Part shown: positions 27,141 to 42,100 of the stretch, piece after piece
How the letters are laid out: each line of letters starts with the position of its first letter
Position numbering within the stretch: the first letter of the stretch is position 1
Assembly (NCBI GenBank): GCA_964016885.1
Contig: OZ024758.1
Location: 36,518,001-36,582,000 of the forward strand
Reading direction: 5' to 3'
DNA: 64,000 nt
Source of the DNA: Eledone cirrhosa
Taxonomy: Eukaryota
Position numbers and translations under genes: made by a program
The notes under the pieces: generated by a model
What the model saw: only the letters and a program-made list of their open reading frames with translations
Told to the model about the DNA's origin: nothing
Databases searched by the model: none

Positions 27141-27199
27141 TTAGTTGTCAGAAGTAACTCCAATGTTGGTGAGAATTCATTTAAGTTCATGGTAATAGC

Positions 27200-30100
27200 T
27201 GTCAGAAGTAACTCCACTGTTGGTGAGAATTCATTTAAGTCAAGGTATTAGCTGTCAGAAGTAACTCCAATGTTGGTGAGAATTCATTTAAGTCATGGTA
27301 CTAGCTGTCAGAAGTCACTCCACTGTTGGTGAGAATTCATTTAAGTTCATGGTACTAGCTGTCAGAAGTAACCCCAATGTTGGTGAGAATTCATTTAAGT
27401 TCATGGTATTAGCTGTCAGAAGTCACTCCAATGTTGGTGAGAATTCATTTAAGTTCATGGTATTAGCTGTCAGAAGTAACTCCACTGTTGGTGAGAATTC
27501 ATTTAAGTTCATGGTATTAGCTGTCAGAAGGAACGCCACTGTTGGTGAGAATTCATTTAAGCTCGTGGTATTAGCTGTCAGAAGTAACTCCACTGTTGGT
27601 GAGAATTCATTTAAGTTCATGGTACTAGCTGTCAGAAGTAACTCCAACGTTGGTGAGAATTCATTTAAGTTCATGGTATTAGCTGTCAGAAGGAACTCCA
27701 CTGTTGCTGAGAATTCATTTAAGTTCATGGTATTAGCTGTCAGAAGTAACTCCACTGTTGGTGAGAATTCATTTAAGTTCATGGTACTAGCTGTCAGAAG
27801 TAACCCCAATGTTGGTGAGAATTCATTTAAGTTCATGGTATTAGCTGTCAGAAGTAACTCCACTGTTGGTGAGAATTCATTTAAGTCATGGTATTAGCTG
27901 TCAGAAGTAACTCCACTGTTGGTGAGAATTCATTTAAGTTCATGGTATTAGCTGTCAGAAGGAACTCCACTGTTGGTGAGAATTCATTTAAGTTCATGGT
28001 ACTAGCTGTCAGAAGTAACTCCAATGTTGGTGAGAATTCATTTAAGTTCATGGTATTAGCTGTCAGAAGTAACTCCACTGTTGGTGAGTATTCATTTAAG
28101 TCATGGTATTAGCTGTCAGAAGTAACTCCACTGTTGGTGAGAATTCATTTAAGTTCATGGTATTAGTTGTCAGAAGTAACTCCACTGTTGGTGAGAATTC
28201 ATTTAAGTTCATGGTATTAGCTGTCAGAAGTAACTCCACTGTTGGTGAGAATTCATTTAAGTTCATGGTATTAGTTTGTCAGAAGTAACTCCACTGTTGG
28301 TGAGAATTCATTTAAGTCATGGTATTAGTTGTCAGAAGGAACTCCAATGTTGGTGAGAATTCATTTAAGTCATGGTACTAGCTATCCGAAGTAACTCCAC
28401 TGTTGGTGAGAATTCATTTAAGTTCATGGTATTAGCTGTCAGAAGGAACGCCACTGTTGGTGAGAATTCATTTAAGTTCATGGTATTAGCTGTCAGAAGT
28501 AACTCCACTGTTGGTGAGAATTCATTTAAGTTCATGGTACTAGCTGTCAGAAGTAACTCCAATGTTGGTGAGAATTCATTTAAGTTCATGGTATTAGCTG
28601 TCAGAAGGAACTCCACTGTTGGTGAGAATTCATTTAAGTTCATGGTATTAGCTGTCAGAAGTAACTCCACTGTTGGTGAGAATTCATTTAAGTCATGGTA
28701 TTAGCTGTCAGAAGTAACTCTATTGTTGGTGAGAATTCATTTAAGTCATGGTACTAGCTGTCAGAAGTAACTCCAATGTTGGTGAGAATTCATTTAAGTC
28801 ATGGTACTAGCTGTCAGAAGTAACTCCAATGTTGGTGAGAATTCATTTAAGTTCATGTTATTAGCTGTCAGAAGGAACTCCACTGTTGGTGAGAATTCAT
28901 TTAAGTTCATGGTATTAGCTGTCAGAAGTAACTCTACTGTTGGTGAGAATTCATTTAAGTTCATGGTATTAGCTGTCAGAAGTAACTCCACCGTTGGTGA
29001 GAATTCATTTAAGTTCATGGTACTAGCTGTCAGAAGTAACTCCAATGTTGGTGAGAATTCATTTAAGTTCATGGTATTAGCTGTCAGAAGTAACTCCACT
29101 GTTGGTGAGAATTCATTTAAGTCATGGTATTAGCTGTCAGGAGTAACTCCACTGTTGGTGAGAATTCATTTAAGTTCATGGTATTAGCTGTCAGAAGTAA
29201 CTCCACTGTTGGTGAGAATTCATTTAAGTTCATGGTACTAGCTGTCAGAAGTAACTCCAATGTTGGTGAGAATTCATTTAAGTTCATGGTATTAGCTGTC
29301 AGAAGTAACTCCACTGTTGGTGAGAATTCATTTAAGTCATGGTATTAGCTGTCAGAAGTAACTCCACTGTTGGTGAGAATTCATTTAAGTTCATGGTATT
29401 AGCTGTCAGAAGTAACTCCACTGTTGGTGAGAATTCATTTAAGTTCATGGTATTAGCTGTCAGAAGTAACTCCACTGTTGGTGAGAATTCATTTAATTTC
29501 ATGGTATTAGCTGTCAGAAGTAACTCCACTGTTGGTGAGAATTCATTTAAATTCATGGTACTAGCTGTCAGAAGTAACTCCAATGTTGGTGAGAATTCAT
29601 TTAAGTTCATGGTATTAGCTGTCAGAAGTAACTCCACTGTTGGTGAGAATTCATTTAAGTCATGGTATTAGCTGTCAGAAGTAACTCCACTGTTGGTGAG
29701 AATTCATTTAAGTTCATGGTATTAGCTGTCAGAAGGAACTCCACTGTTGGTGAGAATTCATTTAAGTTCATGGTACTAGCTGTCAGAAGTAACTCCAATG
29801 TTGGTGAGAATTCATTTAAGTTCATGGTATTAGCTGTCAGAAGTAACTCCACTGTTGGTGAGTATTCATTTAAGTCATGGTATTAGCTGTCAGAAGTAAC
29901 TCCACTGTTGGTGAGAATTCATTTAAGTTCATGGTATTAGCTGTCAGAGGTAACTCCACTGTTGGTGAGAATTCATTTAAGTTCATGGTATTAGCTGTCA
30001 GAAGTAACTCCACTGTTGGTGAGAATTCATTTACGTTCATGGTATTAGTTTGTCAGAAGTAACTCCACTGTTGGTGAGAATTCATTTAAGTCATGGTATT

Positions 30101-33100
30101 AGTTGTCAGAAGTAACTCCAATGTTGGTGAGAATTCATTTAAGTTCATGGTAATAGCTGTCAGAAGTAACTCCACTGTTGGTGAGAATTCATTTAAGTCA
30201 TGGTATTAGCTGTCAGAAGTAACTCCAATGTTGGTGAGAATTCATTTAAGTCATGGTACTAGCTGTCAGAAGTCAGTCCACTGTTGGTGAGAATTCATTT
30301 AAGTTCATGGTACTAGCTGTCAGAAGTAACCCCAATGTTGGTGAGAATTCATTTAAGTTCATGGTATTAGCTGTCAGAGGTCACTCCAATGTTGGTGAGA
30401 ATTCATTTAAGTTCATGGTATTAGCTGTCAGAAGTAACTCCACTGTTGGTAAGAATTCATTTAAGTTCATGGTATTAGCTGTCAGAAGGAACGCCACTGT
30501 TGGTGAGAATTCATTTAAGTTCATGGTATTAGCTGTCAGAAGTAACTCCACTGTTGGTGAGAATTCATTTAAGTTCATGGTACTAGCTGTCAGAAGTAAC
30601 TCCAATGTTGGTGAGAATTCATTTAAGTTCATGGTATTAGCTGTCAGAAGGAACTCCACTGTTGCTGAGAATTCATTTAAGTTCATGGTATTAGCTGTCA
30701 GAAGTAACTCCACTGTTGGTGAGAATTCATTTAAGTTCATGGTACTAGCTGTCAGAAGTAACTCCACTGTTGGTGAGAATTCATTTAAGTTCATGGTATT
30801 AGCTGTCAGAAGTCACTCCAATGTTGGTGAGAATTCATTTAAGTTCATGGTATTAGCTGTCAGAAGTAACTCCACTGTTGGTGAGAATTCATTTAAGTTC
30901 ATGGTATTAGTTTGTCAGAAGTAACTCCACTGTTGGTGAGAATTCATTTAAGTCATGGTGTTAGTTGTCAGAAGTAACTCCAATGTTGGTGAGAATTCAT
31001 TTAAGTTCATGGTACTAGCTGTCAGAAGTAACTCCACTGTTGGTGAGAATTCATTTAAGTTCATGGTAATAGCTGTCAGAAGTAACTCCACTGTTGGTGA
31101 GAATTCATTTAAGTCATGTTATTAGCTGTCAGAAGTAACTCCAATGTTGGTGAGAATTCATTTAAGTCATGGTACTAGCTGTCAGAAGTAACTCCAATGT
31201 TGGTGAGAATTCATTTAAGTTCATGGTATTAGCTGTCAGAAGTAACTCCACTGTTGGTGAGAATTCATTTAAGTTCATGGTATTAGCTGTCAGAAGTAAC
31301 TCCACTGTTGGTGAGAATTCATTTAAGTCATGGTATTAGCTGTCAGAAGTAACTCCACTGTTGGTGAGAATTCATTTAAGTTCATGGTATTAGCTGTCAG
31401 AAGGAACGCCACTGTTGGTGAGAATTCATTTAAGTTCATGGTATTAGCTGTCAGAAGTAACTCCACTGTTGGTGAGAATTCATTTAAGTTCATGGTATTA
31501 GCTGTCAGAAGTAACTCCACTGTTGGTGAGAATTCATTTAAGTTCATAGTACTAGCTGTCAGAAGTAACTCCACTGTTGGTGAGAATTCATTTAAGTTCA
31601 TGGTATTAGCTGTCAGAAGTCACTCCAATGTTGGTGAGAATTCATTTAAGTTCATGGTATTAGCTGTCAGAAGTCACTCCACTGTTGGTGAGAATTCATT
31701 TAAGTTCATGGTACTAGCTGTCAGAAGTAACCCCAATGTTGGTGAGAATTCATTTAAGTTCATGGTATTAGCTGTCAGAAGTCACTCCAATGTTGGTGAG
31801 AATTCATTTAAGTTCATGGTATTAGCTGTCAGAAGTAACTCCACTGTTGGTGAGAATTCATTTAAGTTCATGGTATTAGCTGTCAGAAGGAACTCCACTG
31901 TTGGTGAGAATTCATTTAAGTTCATGGTACTAGCTGTCAGAAGTAACTCCACTGTTGGTGAGAATTCATTTAAGTTCATGGTATTAGTTTGTCAGAAGTA
32001 ACTCCACTGTTGGTGAGAATTCATTTAAGTTCATGGTATTAGCTGTCAGAAGTAACTCCACTGTTGGTGAGAATTCATTTAAGTTCATGGTACTAGCTGT
32101 CAGAAGTAACTCCACTGTTGGTGAGAATTCATTTAAGTTCATGGTATTAGTTTGTCAGAAGTAACTCCACTGTTGGTGAGAATTCATTTAAGTCATGGTA
32201 TTAGTTGTCAGAAGTAACTCCAATGTTGGTGAGAATTCATTTAAGTTCATGGTATTAGCTGTCAGAAGGAACTCCACTGTTGGTGAGAATTCATTTAAGT
32301 TCATGGTATTAGCTGTCAGAAGGAACTCCAATGTTGGTGAGAATTCATTTAAGTCATGGTACTAACTGTCAGAAGTAACTCCACTGTTGGTGAGAATTCA
32401 TTTAAGTTCATGGTATTAGCTGTCAGAAGGAACTCCACTGTTGGTGAGAATTCATTTAAGTTCATGGTATTAGCTGTCAGAAGGAACGCCACTGTTGGTG
32501 AGAATTCATTTAAGTTCATGGTATTAGCTGTCAGAAGTAACTCCACTGTTGGTGAGAATTCATTTAAGTTCATGGTACTAGCTGTCAGAAGTAACTCCAA
32601 TGTTGGTGAGAATTCATTTAAGTTCATGGTATTAGCTGTCAGAAGTAACTCCACTGTTGGTGAGAATTCATTTAAGTCATGGTATTAGCTGTCAGAAGTA
32701 ACTCCACTGTTGGTGAGAATTCATTTAAGTTCATGGTATTAGCTGTCAGAAGGAACTCCACTGTAGGTGAGAATTCATTTAAGTTCATGGTACTAGCTGT
32801 CAGAAGTAACTCCAATGTTGGTGAGAATTCATTTAAGTTCATGGTATTAGCTGCCAGAAGTAACTCCACTGTTGGTGAGTATTCATTTAAGTCATGGTAT
32901 TAGCTGTCAGAAGTAACTCCACTGTTGGTGAGAATTCATTTAAGTTCATGGTATTAGCTGTCAGAAGTAACTCCACTGTTGGTGAGAATTCATTTAAGTT
33001 CATGGTATTAGCTGTCAGAAGTAACTCCACTGTTGGTGAGAATTCATTTACGTTCATGGTATTAGTTTGTCAGAAGTAACTCCACTGTTGGTGAGAATTC

Positions 33101-36100
33101 ATTTAAGTCATGGTATTAGTTGTCAGAAGTAACTCCAATGTTGGTGAGAATTCATTTAAGTTCATGGTAATAGCTGTCAGAAGTAACTCCACTGTTGGTG
33201 AGAATTCATTTAAGTCATGGTATTAGCTGTCAGAAGTAACTCCAATGTTGGTGAGAATTCATTTAAGTCATGGTACTAGCTGTCAGAAGTCACTCCACTG
33301 TTGGTGAGAATTCATTTAAGTTCATGGTACTAGCTGTCAGAAGTAACCCCAATGTTGGTGAGAATTCATTTAAGTTCATGGTATTAGCTGTCAGAAGTCA
33401 CTCCAATGTTGGTGAGAATTCATTTAAGTTCATGGTATTAGCTGTCAGAAGTAACTCCACTGTTGGTAAGAATTCATTTAAGTTCATGGTATTAGCTGTC
33501 AGAAGTAACTCCACTGTTGGTGAGAATTCATTTAAGTTCATGGTATTAGCTGTCAGAAGGAACGCCACTGTTGGTGAGAATTCATTTAAGTTCATGGTAT
33601 TAGCTGTCAGAAGTAACTCCACTGTTGGTGAGAATTCATTTAAGTTCATGGTACTAGCTGTCAGAAGTAACTCCAATGTTGGTGAGAATTCATTTAAGTT
33701 CATGGTATTAGCTGTCAGAAGGAACTCCACTGTTGCTGAGAATTCATTTAAGTTCATGGTATTAGCTGTCAGAAGTAACTCCACTGTTGGTGAGAATTCA
33801 TTTAAGTTCATGGTACTAGCTGTCAGAAGTAACTCCACTGTTGGTGAGAATTCATTTAAGTTCATGGTATTAGCTGTCAGAAGTCACTCCAATGTTGGTG
33901 AGAATTCATTTAAGTTCATGGTATTAGCTGTCAGAAGTCACTCCACTGTTGGTGAGAATTCATTTAAGTTCATGGTACTAGCTGTCAGAAGTAACCCCAA
34001 TGTTGGTGAGAATTCATTTAAGTCATGGTATTAGCTGTCAGAAGTAACTCCACTGTTGGTGAGAATTCATTTAAGTTCATGGTATTAGCTGTCAGAAGTA
34101 ACTCCACTGTTGGTGAGAATTCATTTAAGTTCATGGTATTAGCTGTCAGAAGTAACTCCACTGTTGGTGAGAATTCATTTAAGTTCATGGTATTAGTTTG
34201 TCAGAAGTAACTCCACTGTTGGTGAGAATTCATTTAAGTCATGGTATTAGTTGTCAGAAGTAACTCCAATGTTGGTGAGAATTCATTTAAGTTCATGGTA
34301 CTAGCTGTCAGAAGTAACTCCACTGTTGGTGAGAATTCATTTAAGTTCATGGTAATAGCTGTCAGAAGTAACTCCACTGTTGGTGAGAATTCATTTAAGT
34401 CATGTTATTAGCTGTCAGAAGTAACTCCAATGTTGGTGAGAATTCATTTAAGTCATGGTACTAGCTGTCAGAAGTAACTCCAATGTTGGTGAGAATTCAT
34501 TTAAGTTCATGGTATTAGCTGTCAGAAGTAACTCCACTGTTGGTGAGAATTCATTTAAGTTCATGGTATTAGCTGTCAGAAGTAACTCCACTGTTGGTGA
34601 GAATTCATTTAAGTCATGGTATTAGCTGTCAGAAGTAACTCCACTGTTGGTGAGAATTCATTTAAGTTCATGGTATTAGCTGTCAGAAGTAACTCCACTG
34701 TTGGTGAGAATTCATTTAAGTTCATGGTATTAGCTGTCAGAAGTAACTCCACTGTTGGTGAGAATTCATTTAATTTCATGGTATTAGCTGTCAGAAGTAA
34801 CTCCACTGTTGGTGAGAATTCATTTAAGTTCATGGTACTAGCTGTCAGAAGTAACTCCAATGTTGGTGAGAATTCATTTAAGTTCATGGTATTAGCTGTC
34901 AGAAGTAACTCCACTGTTGGTGAGAATTCATTTAAGTCATGGTATTAGCTGTCAGAAGTAACTCCACTGTTGGTGAGAATTCATTTAAGTTCATGGTATT
35001 AGCTGTCAGAAGGAACTCCACTGTTGGTGAGAATTCATTTAAGTTCATGGTACTAGCTGTCAGAAGTAACTCCAATGTTGGTGAGAATTCATTTAAGTTC
35101 ATGGTATTAGCTGTCAGAAGTAACTCCACTGTTGGTGAGTATTCATATAAGTCATGGTATTAGCTGTCAGAAGTAACTCCACTGTTGGTGAGAATTCATT
35201 TAAGTTCATGGTATTAGCTGTCAGAGGTAACTCCACTGTTGGTGAGAATTCATTTAAGTTCATGGTATTAGCTGTCAGAAGTAACTCCACTGTTGGTGAG
35301 AATTCATTTACGTTCATGGTATTAGTTTGTCAGAAGTAACTCCACTGTTGGTGAGAATTCATTTAAGTCATGGTATTAGTTGTCAGAAGTAACTCCAATG
35401 TTGGTGAGAATTCATTTAAGTTCATGGTAATAGCTGTCAGAAGTAACTCCACTGTTGGTGAGAATTCATTTAAGTCAAGGTATTAGCTGTCAGAAGTAAC
35501 TCCAATGTTGGTGAGAATTCATTTAAGTCATGGTACTAGCTGTCAGAAGTCACTCCACTGTTGGTGAGAATTCATTTAAGTTCATGGTACTAGCTGTCAG
35601 AAGTAACCCCAATGTTGGTGAGAATTCATTTAAGTTCATGGTATTAGCTGTCAGAAGTCACTCCAATGTTGGTGAGAATTCATTTAAGTTCATGGTATTA
35701 GCTGTCAGAAGTAACTCCACTGTTGGTGAGAATTCATTTAAGTTCATGGTATTAGCTGTCAGAAGGAACGCCACTGTTGGTGAGAATTCATTTAAGCTCA
35801 TGGTATTAGCTGTCAGAAGTAACTCCACTGTTGGTGAGAATTCATTTAAGTTCATGGTACTAGCTGTCAGAAGTAACTCCAACGTTGGTGAGAATTCATT
35901 TAAGTTCATGGTATTAGCTGTCAGAAGGAACTCCACTGTTGCTGAGAATTCATTTAAGTTCATGGTATTAGCTGTCAGAAGTAACTCCACTGTTGGTGAG
36001 AATTCATTTAAGTTCATGGTACTAGCTGTCAGAAGTAACCCCAATGTTGGTGAGAATTCATTTAAGTTCATGGTATTAGCTGTCAGAAGTAACTCCACTG

Positions 36101-39100
36101 TTGGTGAGAATTCATTTAAGTCATGGTATTAGCTGTCAGAAGTAACTCCACTGTTGGTGAGAATTCATTTAAGTTCATGGTATTAGCTGTCAGAAGGAAC
36201 TCCACTGTTGGTGAGAATTCATTTAAGTTCATGGTACTAGCTGTCAGAAGTAACTCCAATGTTGGTGAGAATTCATTTAAGTTCATGGTATTAGCTGTCA
36301 GAAGTAACTCCACTGTTGGTGAGTATTCATTTAAGTCATGGTATTAGCTGTCAGAAGTAACTCCACTGTTGGTGAGAATTCATTTAAGTTCATGGTATTA
36401 GTTGTCAGAAGTAACTCCACTGTTGGTGAGAATTCATTTAAGTTCATGGTATTAGCTGTCAGAAGTAACTCCACTGTTGGTGAGAATTCATTTAAGTTCA
36501 TGGTATTAGTTTGTCAGAAGTAACTCCACTGTTGGTGAGAATTCATTTAAGTCATGGTATTAGTTGTCAGAAGGAACTCCAATGTTGGTGAGAATTCATT
36601 TAAGTCATGGTACTAGCTATCCGAAGTAACTCCACTGTTGGTGAGAATTCATTTAAGTTCATGGTATTAGCTGTCAGAAGGAACGCCACTGTTGGTGAGA
36701 ATTCATTTAAGTTCATGGTATTAGCTGTCGGAAGTAACTCCACTGTTGGTGAGAATTCATTTAAGTTCATGGTACTAGCTGTCAGAAGTAACTCCAATGT
36801 TGGTGAGAATTCATTTAAGTTCATGGTATTAGCTGTCAGAAGGAACTCCACTGTTGGTGAGAATTCATTTAAGTTCATGGTATTAGCTGTCAGAAGTAAC
36901 TCCACTGTTGGTGAGAATTCATTTAAGTCATGGTATTAGCTGTCAGAAGTAACTCTATTGTTGGTGAGAATTCATTTAAGTCATGGTACTAGCTGTCAGA
37001 AGTAACTCCAATGTTGGTGAGAATTCATTTAAGTCATGGTACTAGCTGTCAGAAGTAACTCCAATGTTGGTGAGAATTCATTTAAGTTCATGGTACTAGC
37101 TGTCAGAAGTAACTCCAATGTTGGTGAGAATTCATTTAAGTTCATGGTATTAGCTGTCAGAAGTAACTCCACTGTTGGTGAGAATTCATTTAAGTCATGG
37201 TATTAGCTGTCAGGAGTAACTCCACTGTTGGTGAGAATTCATTTAAGTTCATGGTATTAGCTGTCAGAAGTAACTCCACTGTTGGTGAGAATTCATTTAA
37301 GTTCATGGTACTAGCTGTCAGAAGTAACTCCAATGTTGGTGAGAATTCATTTAAGTTCATGGTATTAGCTGTCAGAAGTAACTCCACTGTTGGTGAGAAT
37401 TCATTTAAGTCATGGTATTAGCTGTCAGAAGTAACTCCACTGTTGGTGAGAATTCATTTAAGTTCATGGTATTAGCTGTCAGAAGTAACTCCACTGTTGG
37501 TGAGAATTCATTTAAGTTCATGGTATTAGCTGTCAGAAGTAACTCCACTCTTGGTGAGAATTCATTTAATTTCATGGTATTAGCTGTCAGAAGTAACTCC
37601 ACTGTTGGTGAGAATTCATTTAAATTCATGGTACTAGCTGTCAGAAGTAACTCCAATGTTGGTGAGAATTCATTTAAGTTCATGGTATTAGCTGTCAGAA
37701 GTAACTCCACTGTTGGTGAGAATTCATTTAAGTCATGGTATTAGCTGTCAGAAGTAACTCCACTGTTGGTGAGAATTCATTTAAGTTCATGGTATTAGCT
37801 GTCAGAAGGAACTCCACTGTTGGTGAGAATTCATTTAAGTTCATGGTACTAGCTGTCAGAAGTAACTCCAATGTTGGTGAGAATTCATTTAAGTTCATGG
37901 TATTAGCTGTCAGAAGTAACTCCACTGTTGGTGAGTATTCATTTAAGTCATGGTATTAGCTGTCAGAAGTAACTCCACTGTTGGTGAGAATTCATTTAAG
38001 TTCATGGTATTAGCTGTCAGAGGTAACTCCACTGTTGGTGAGAATTCATTTAAGTTCATGGTATTAGCTGTCAGAAGTAACTCCACTGTTGGTGAGAATT
38101 CATTTACGTTCATGGTATTAGTTTGTCAGAAGTAACTCCACTGTTGGTGAGAATTCATTTAAGTCATGGTATTAGTTGTCAGAAGTAACTCCAATGTTGG
38201 TGAGAATTCATTTAAGTTCATGGTAATAGCTGTCAGAAGTAACTCCACTGTTGGTGAGAATTCATTTAAGTCATGGTATTAGCTGTCAGAAGTAACTCCA
38301 ATGTTGGTGAGAATTCATTTAAGTCATGGTACTAGCTGTCAGAAGTCACTCCACTGTTGGTGAGAATTCATTTAAGTTCATGGTACTAGCTGTCAGAAGT
38401 AACCCCAATGTTGGTGAGAATTCATTTAAGTTCATGGTATTAGCTGTCAGAAGTCACTCCAATGTTGGTGAGAATTCATTTAAGTTCATGGTATTAGCTG
38501 TCAGAAGTAACTCCACTGTTGGTAAGAATTCATTTAAGTTCATGGTATTAGCTGTCAGAAGTAACTCCACTGTTGGTGAGAATTCATTTAAGTTCATGGT
38601 ATTAGCTGTCAGAAGGAACGCCACTGTTGGTGAGAATTCATTTAAGTTCATGGTATTAGCTGTCAGAAGTAACTCCACTGTTGGTGAGAATTCATTTAAG
38701 TTCATGGTAATAGCTGTCAGAAGTAACTCCAATGTTGGTGAGAATTCATTTAAGTTCATGGTATTAGCTGTCAGAAGGAACTCCACTGTTGCTGAGAATT
38801 CATTTAAGTTCATGGTATTAGCTGTCAGAAGTAACTCCACTGTTGGTGAGAATTCATTTAAGTTCATGGTACTAGCTGTCAGAAGTAACTCCACTGTTGG
38901 TGAGAATTCATTTAAGTTCATGGTATTAGCTGTCAGAAGTCACTCCAATGTTGGTGAGAATTCATTTAAGTTCATGGTATTAGCTGTCAGAAGTAACTCC
39001 ACTGTTGGTGAGAATTCATTTAAGTTCATGGTATTAGTTTGTCAGAAGTAACTCCACTGTTGGTGAGAATTCATTTAAGTCATGGTATTAGTTGTCAGAA

Positions 39101-42100
39101 GTAACTCCAATGTTGGTGAGAATTCATTTAAGTTCATGGTACTAGCTGTCAGAAGTAACTCCACTGTTGGTGAGAATTCATTTAAGTTCATGGTAATAGC
39201 TGTCAGAAGTAACTCCACTGTTGGTGAGAATTCATTTAAGTCATGTTATTAGCTGTCAGAAGTAACTCCAATGTTGGTGAGAATTCATTTAAGTCATGGT
39301 ACTAGCTGTCAGAAGTAACTCCAATGTTGGTGAGAATTCATTTAAGTTCATGGTATTAGCTGTCAGAAGTAACTCCACTGTTGGTGAGAATTCATTTAAG
39401 TTCATGGTATTAGCTGTCAGAAGTAACTCCACTGTTGGTGAGAATTCATTTAAGTCATGGTATTAGCTGTCAGAAGTAACTCCACTGTTGGTGAGAATTC
39501 ATTTAAGTTCATGGTATTAGCTGTCAGAAGGAACGCCACTGTTGGTGAGAATTCATTTAAGTTCATGGTATTAGCTGTCAGAAGTAACTCCACTGTTGGT
39601 GAGAATTCATTTAAGTTCATGGTATTAGCTGTCAGAAGTAACTCCACTGTTGGTGAGAATACATTTAAGTTCATAGTACTAGCTGTCAGAAGTAACTCCA
39701 CTGTTGGTGAGAATTCATTTAAGTTCATGGTATTAGCTGTCAGAAGTCACTCCAATGTTGGTGAGAATTCATTTAAGTTCATGGTATTAGCTCTCAGAAG
39801 TCACTCCACTGTTGGTGAGAATTCATTTAAGTTCATGGTACTAGCTGTCAGAAGTAACCCCAATGTTGGTGAGAATTCATTTAAGTTCATGGTATTAGCT
39901 GTCAGAAGTCACTCCAATGTTGGTGAGAATTCATTTAAGTTCATGGTATTAGCTGTCAGAAGTAACTCCACTGTTGGTGAGAATTCATTTAAGTTCATGG
40001 TATTAGCTGTCAGAAGGAACTCCACTGTTGGTGAGAATTCATTTAAGTTCATGGTACTAGCTGTCAGAAGTAACTCCACTGTTGGTGAGAATTCATTTAA
40101 GTTCATGGTATTAGTTTGTCAGAAGTAACTCCACTGTTGGTGAGAATTCATTTAAGTTCATGGTATTAGCTGTCAGAAGTAACTCCACTGTTGGTGAGAA
40201 TTCATTTAAGTTCATGGTACTAGCTGTCAGAAGTAACTCCACTGTTGGTGAGAATTCATTTAAGTTCATGGTATTAGTTTGTCAGAAGTAACTCCACTGT
40301 TGGTGAGAATTCATTTAAGTCATGGTATTAGTTGTCAGAAGTAACTCCAATGTTGGTGAGAATTCATTTAAGTTCATGGTATTAGCTGTCAGAAGGAACT
40401 CCACTGTTGGTGAGAATTCATTTAAGTTCATGGTATTAGCTGTCAGAAGGAACTCCAATGTTGGTGAGAATTCATTTAAGTCATGGTACTAACTGTCAGA
40501 AGTAACTCCACTGTTGGTGAGAATTCATTTAAGTTCATGGTATTAGCTGTCAGAAGGAACTCCACTGTTGGTGAGAATTCATTTAAGTTCATGGTATTAG
40601 CTGTCAGAAGGAACGCCACTGTTGGTGAGAATTCATTTAAGTTCATGGTATTAGCTGTCAGAAGTAACTCCACTGTTGGTGAGAATTCATTTAAGTTCAT
40701 GGTACTAGCTGTCAGAAGTAACTCCAATGTTGGTGAGAATTCATTTAAGTTCATGGTATTAGCTGTCAGAAGTAACTCCACTGTTGGTGAGAATTCATTT
40801 AAGTCATGGTATTAGCTGTCAGAAGTAACTCCACTGTTGGTGAGAATTCATTTAAGTTCATGGTATTAGCTGTCAGAAGGAACTCCACTGTAGGTGAGAA
40901 TTCATTTAAGTTCATGGTACTAGCTGTCAGAAGTAACTCCAATGTTGGTGAGAATTCATTTAAGTTCATGGTATTAGCTGCCAGAAGTAACTCCACTGTT
41001 GGTGAGTATTCATTTAAGTCATGGTATTAGCTGTCAGAAGTAACTCCACTGTTGGTGAGAATTCATTTAAGTTCATGGTATTAGCTGTCAGAAGTAACTC
41101 CACTGTTGGTGAGAATTCATTTAAGTTCATGGTATTAGCTGTCAGAAGTAACTCCACTGTTGGTGAGAATTCATTTACGTTCATGGTATTAGTTTGTCAG
41201 AAGTAACTCCACTGTTGGTGAGAATTCATTTAAGTCATGGTATTAGTTGTCAGAAGTAACTCCAATGTTGGTGAGAATTCATTTAAGTTCATGGTAATAG
41301 CTGTCAGAAGTAACTCCACTGTTGGTGAGAATTCATTTAAGTCATGGTATTAGCTGTCAGAAGTAACTCCAATGTTGGTGAGAATTCATTTAAGTCATGG
41401 TACTAGCTGTCAGAAGTCACTCCACTGTTGGTGAGAATTCATTTAAGTTCATGGTACTAGCTGTCAGAAGTAACCCCAATGTTGGTGAGAATTCATTTAA
41501 GTTCATGGTATTAGCTGTCAGAAGTCACTCCAATGTTGGTGAGAATTCATTTAAGTTCATGGTATTAGCTGTCAGAAGTAACTCCACTGTTGGTAAGAAT
41601 TCATTTAAGTTCATGGTATTAGCTGTCAGAAGTAACTCCACTGTTGGTGAGAATTCATTTAAGTTCATGGTATTAGCTGTCAGAAGGAACGCCACTGTTG
41701 GTGAGAATTCATTTAAGTTCATGGTATTAGCTGTCAGAAGTAACTCCACTGTTGGTGAGAATTCATTTAAGTTCATGGTACTAGCTGTCAGAAGTAACTC
41801 CAATGTTGGTGAGAATTCATTTAAGTTCATGGTATTAGCTGTCAGAAGGAACTCCACTGTTGCTGAGAATTCATTTAAGTTCATGGTATTAGCTGTCAGA
41901 AGTAACTCCACTGTTGGTGAGAATTCATTTAAGTTCATGGTACTAGCTGTCAGAAGTAACTCCACTGTTGGTGAGAATTCATTTAAGTTCATGGTATTAG
42001 CTGTCAGAAGTCACTCCAATGTTGGTGAGAATTCATTTAAGTTCATGGTATTAGCTGTCAGAAGTAACCCCAATGTTGGTGAGAATTCATTTAAGTCATG

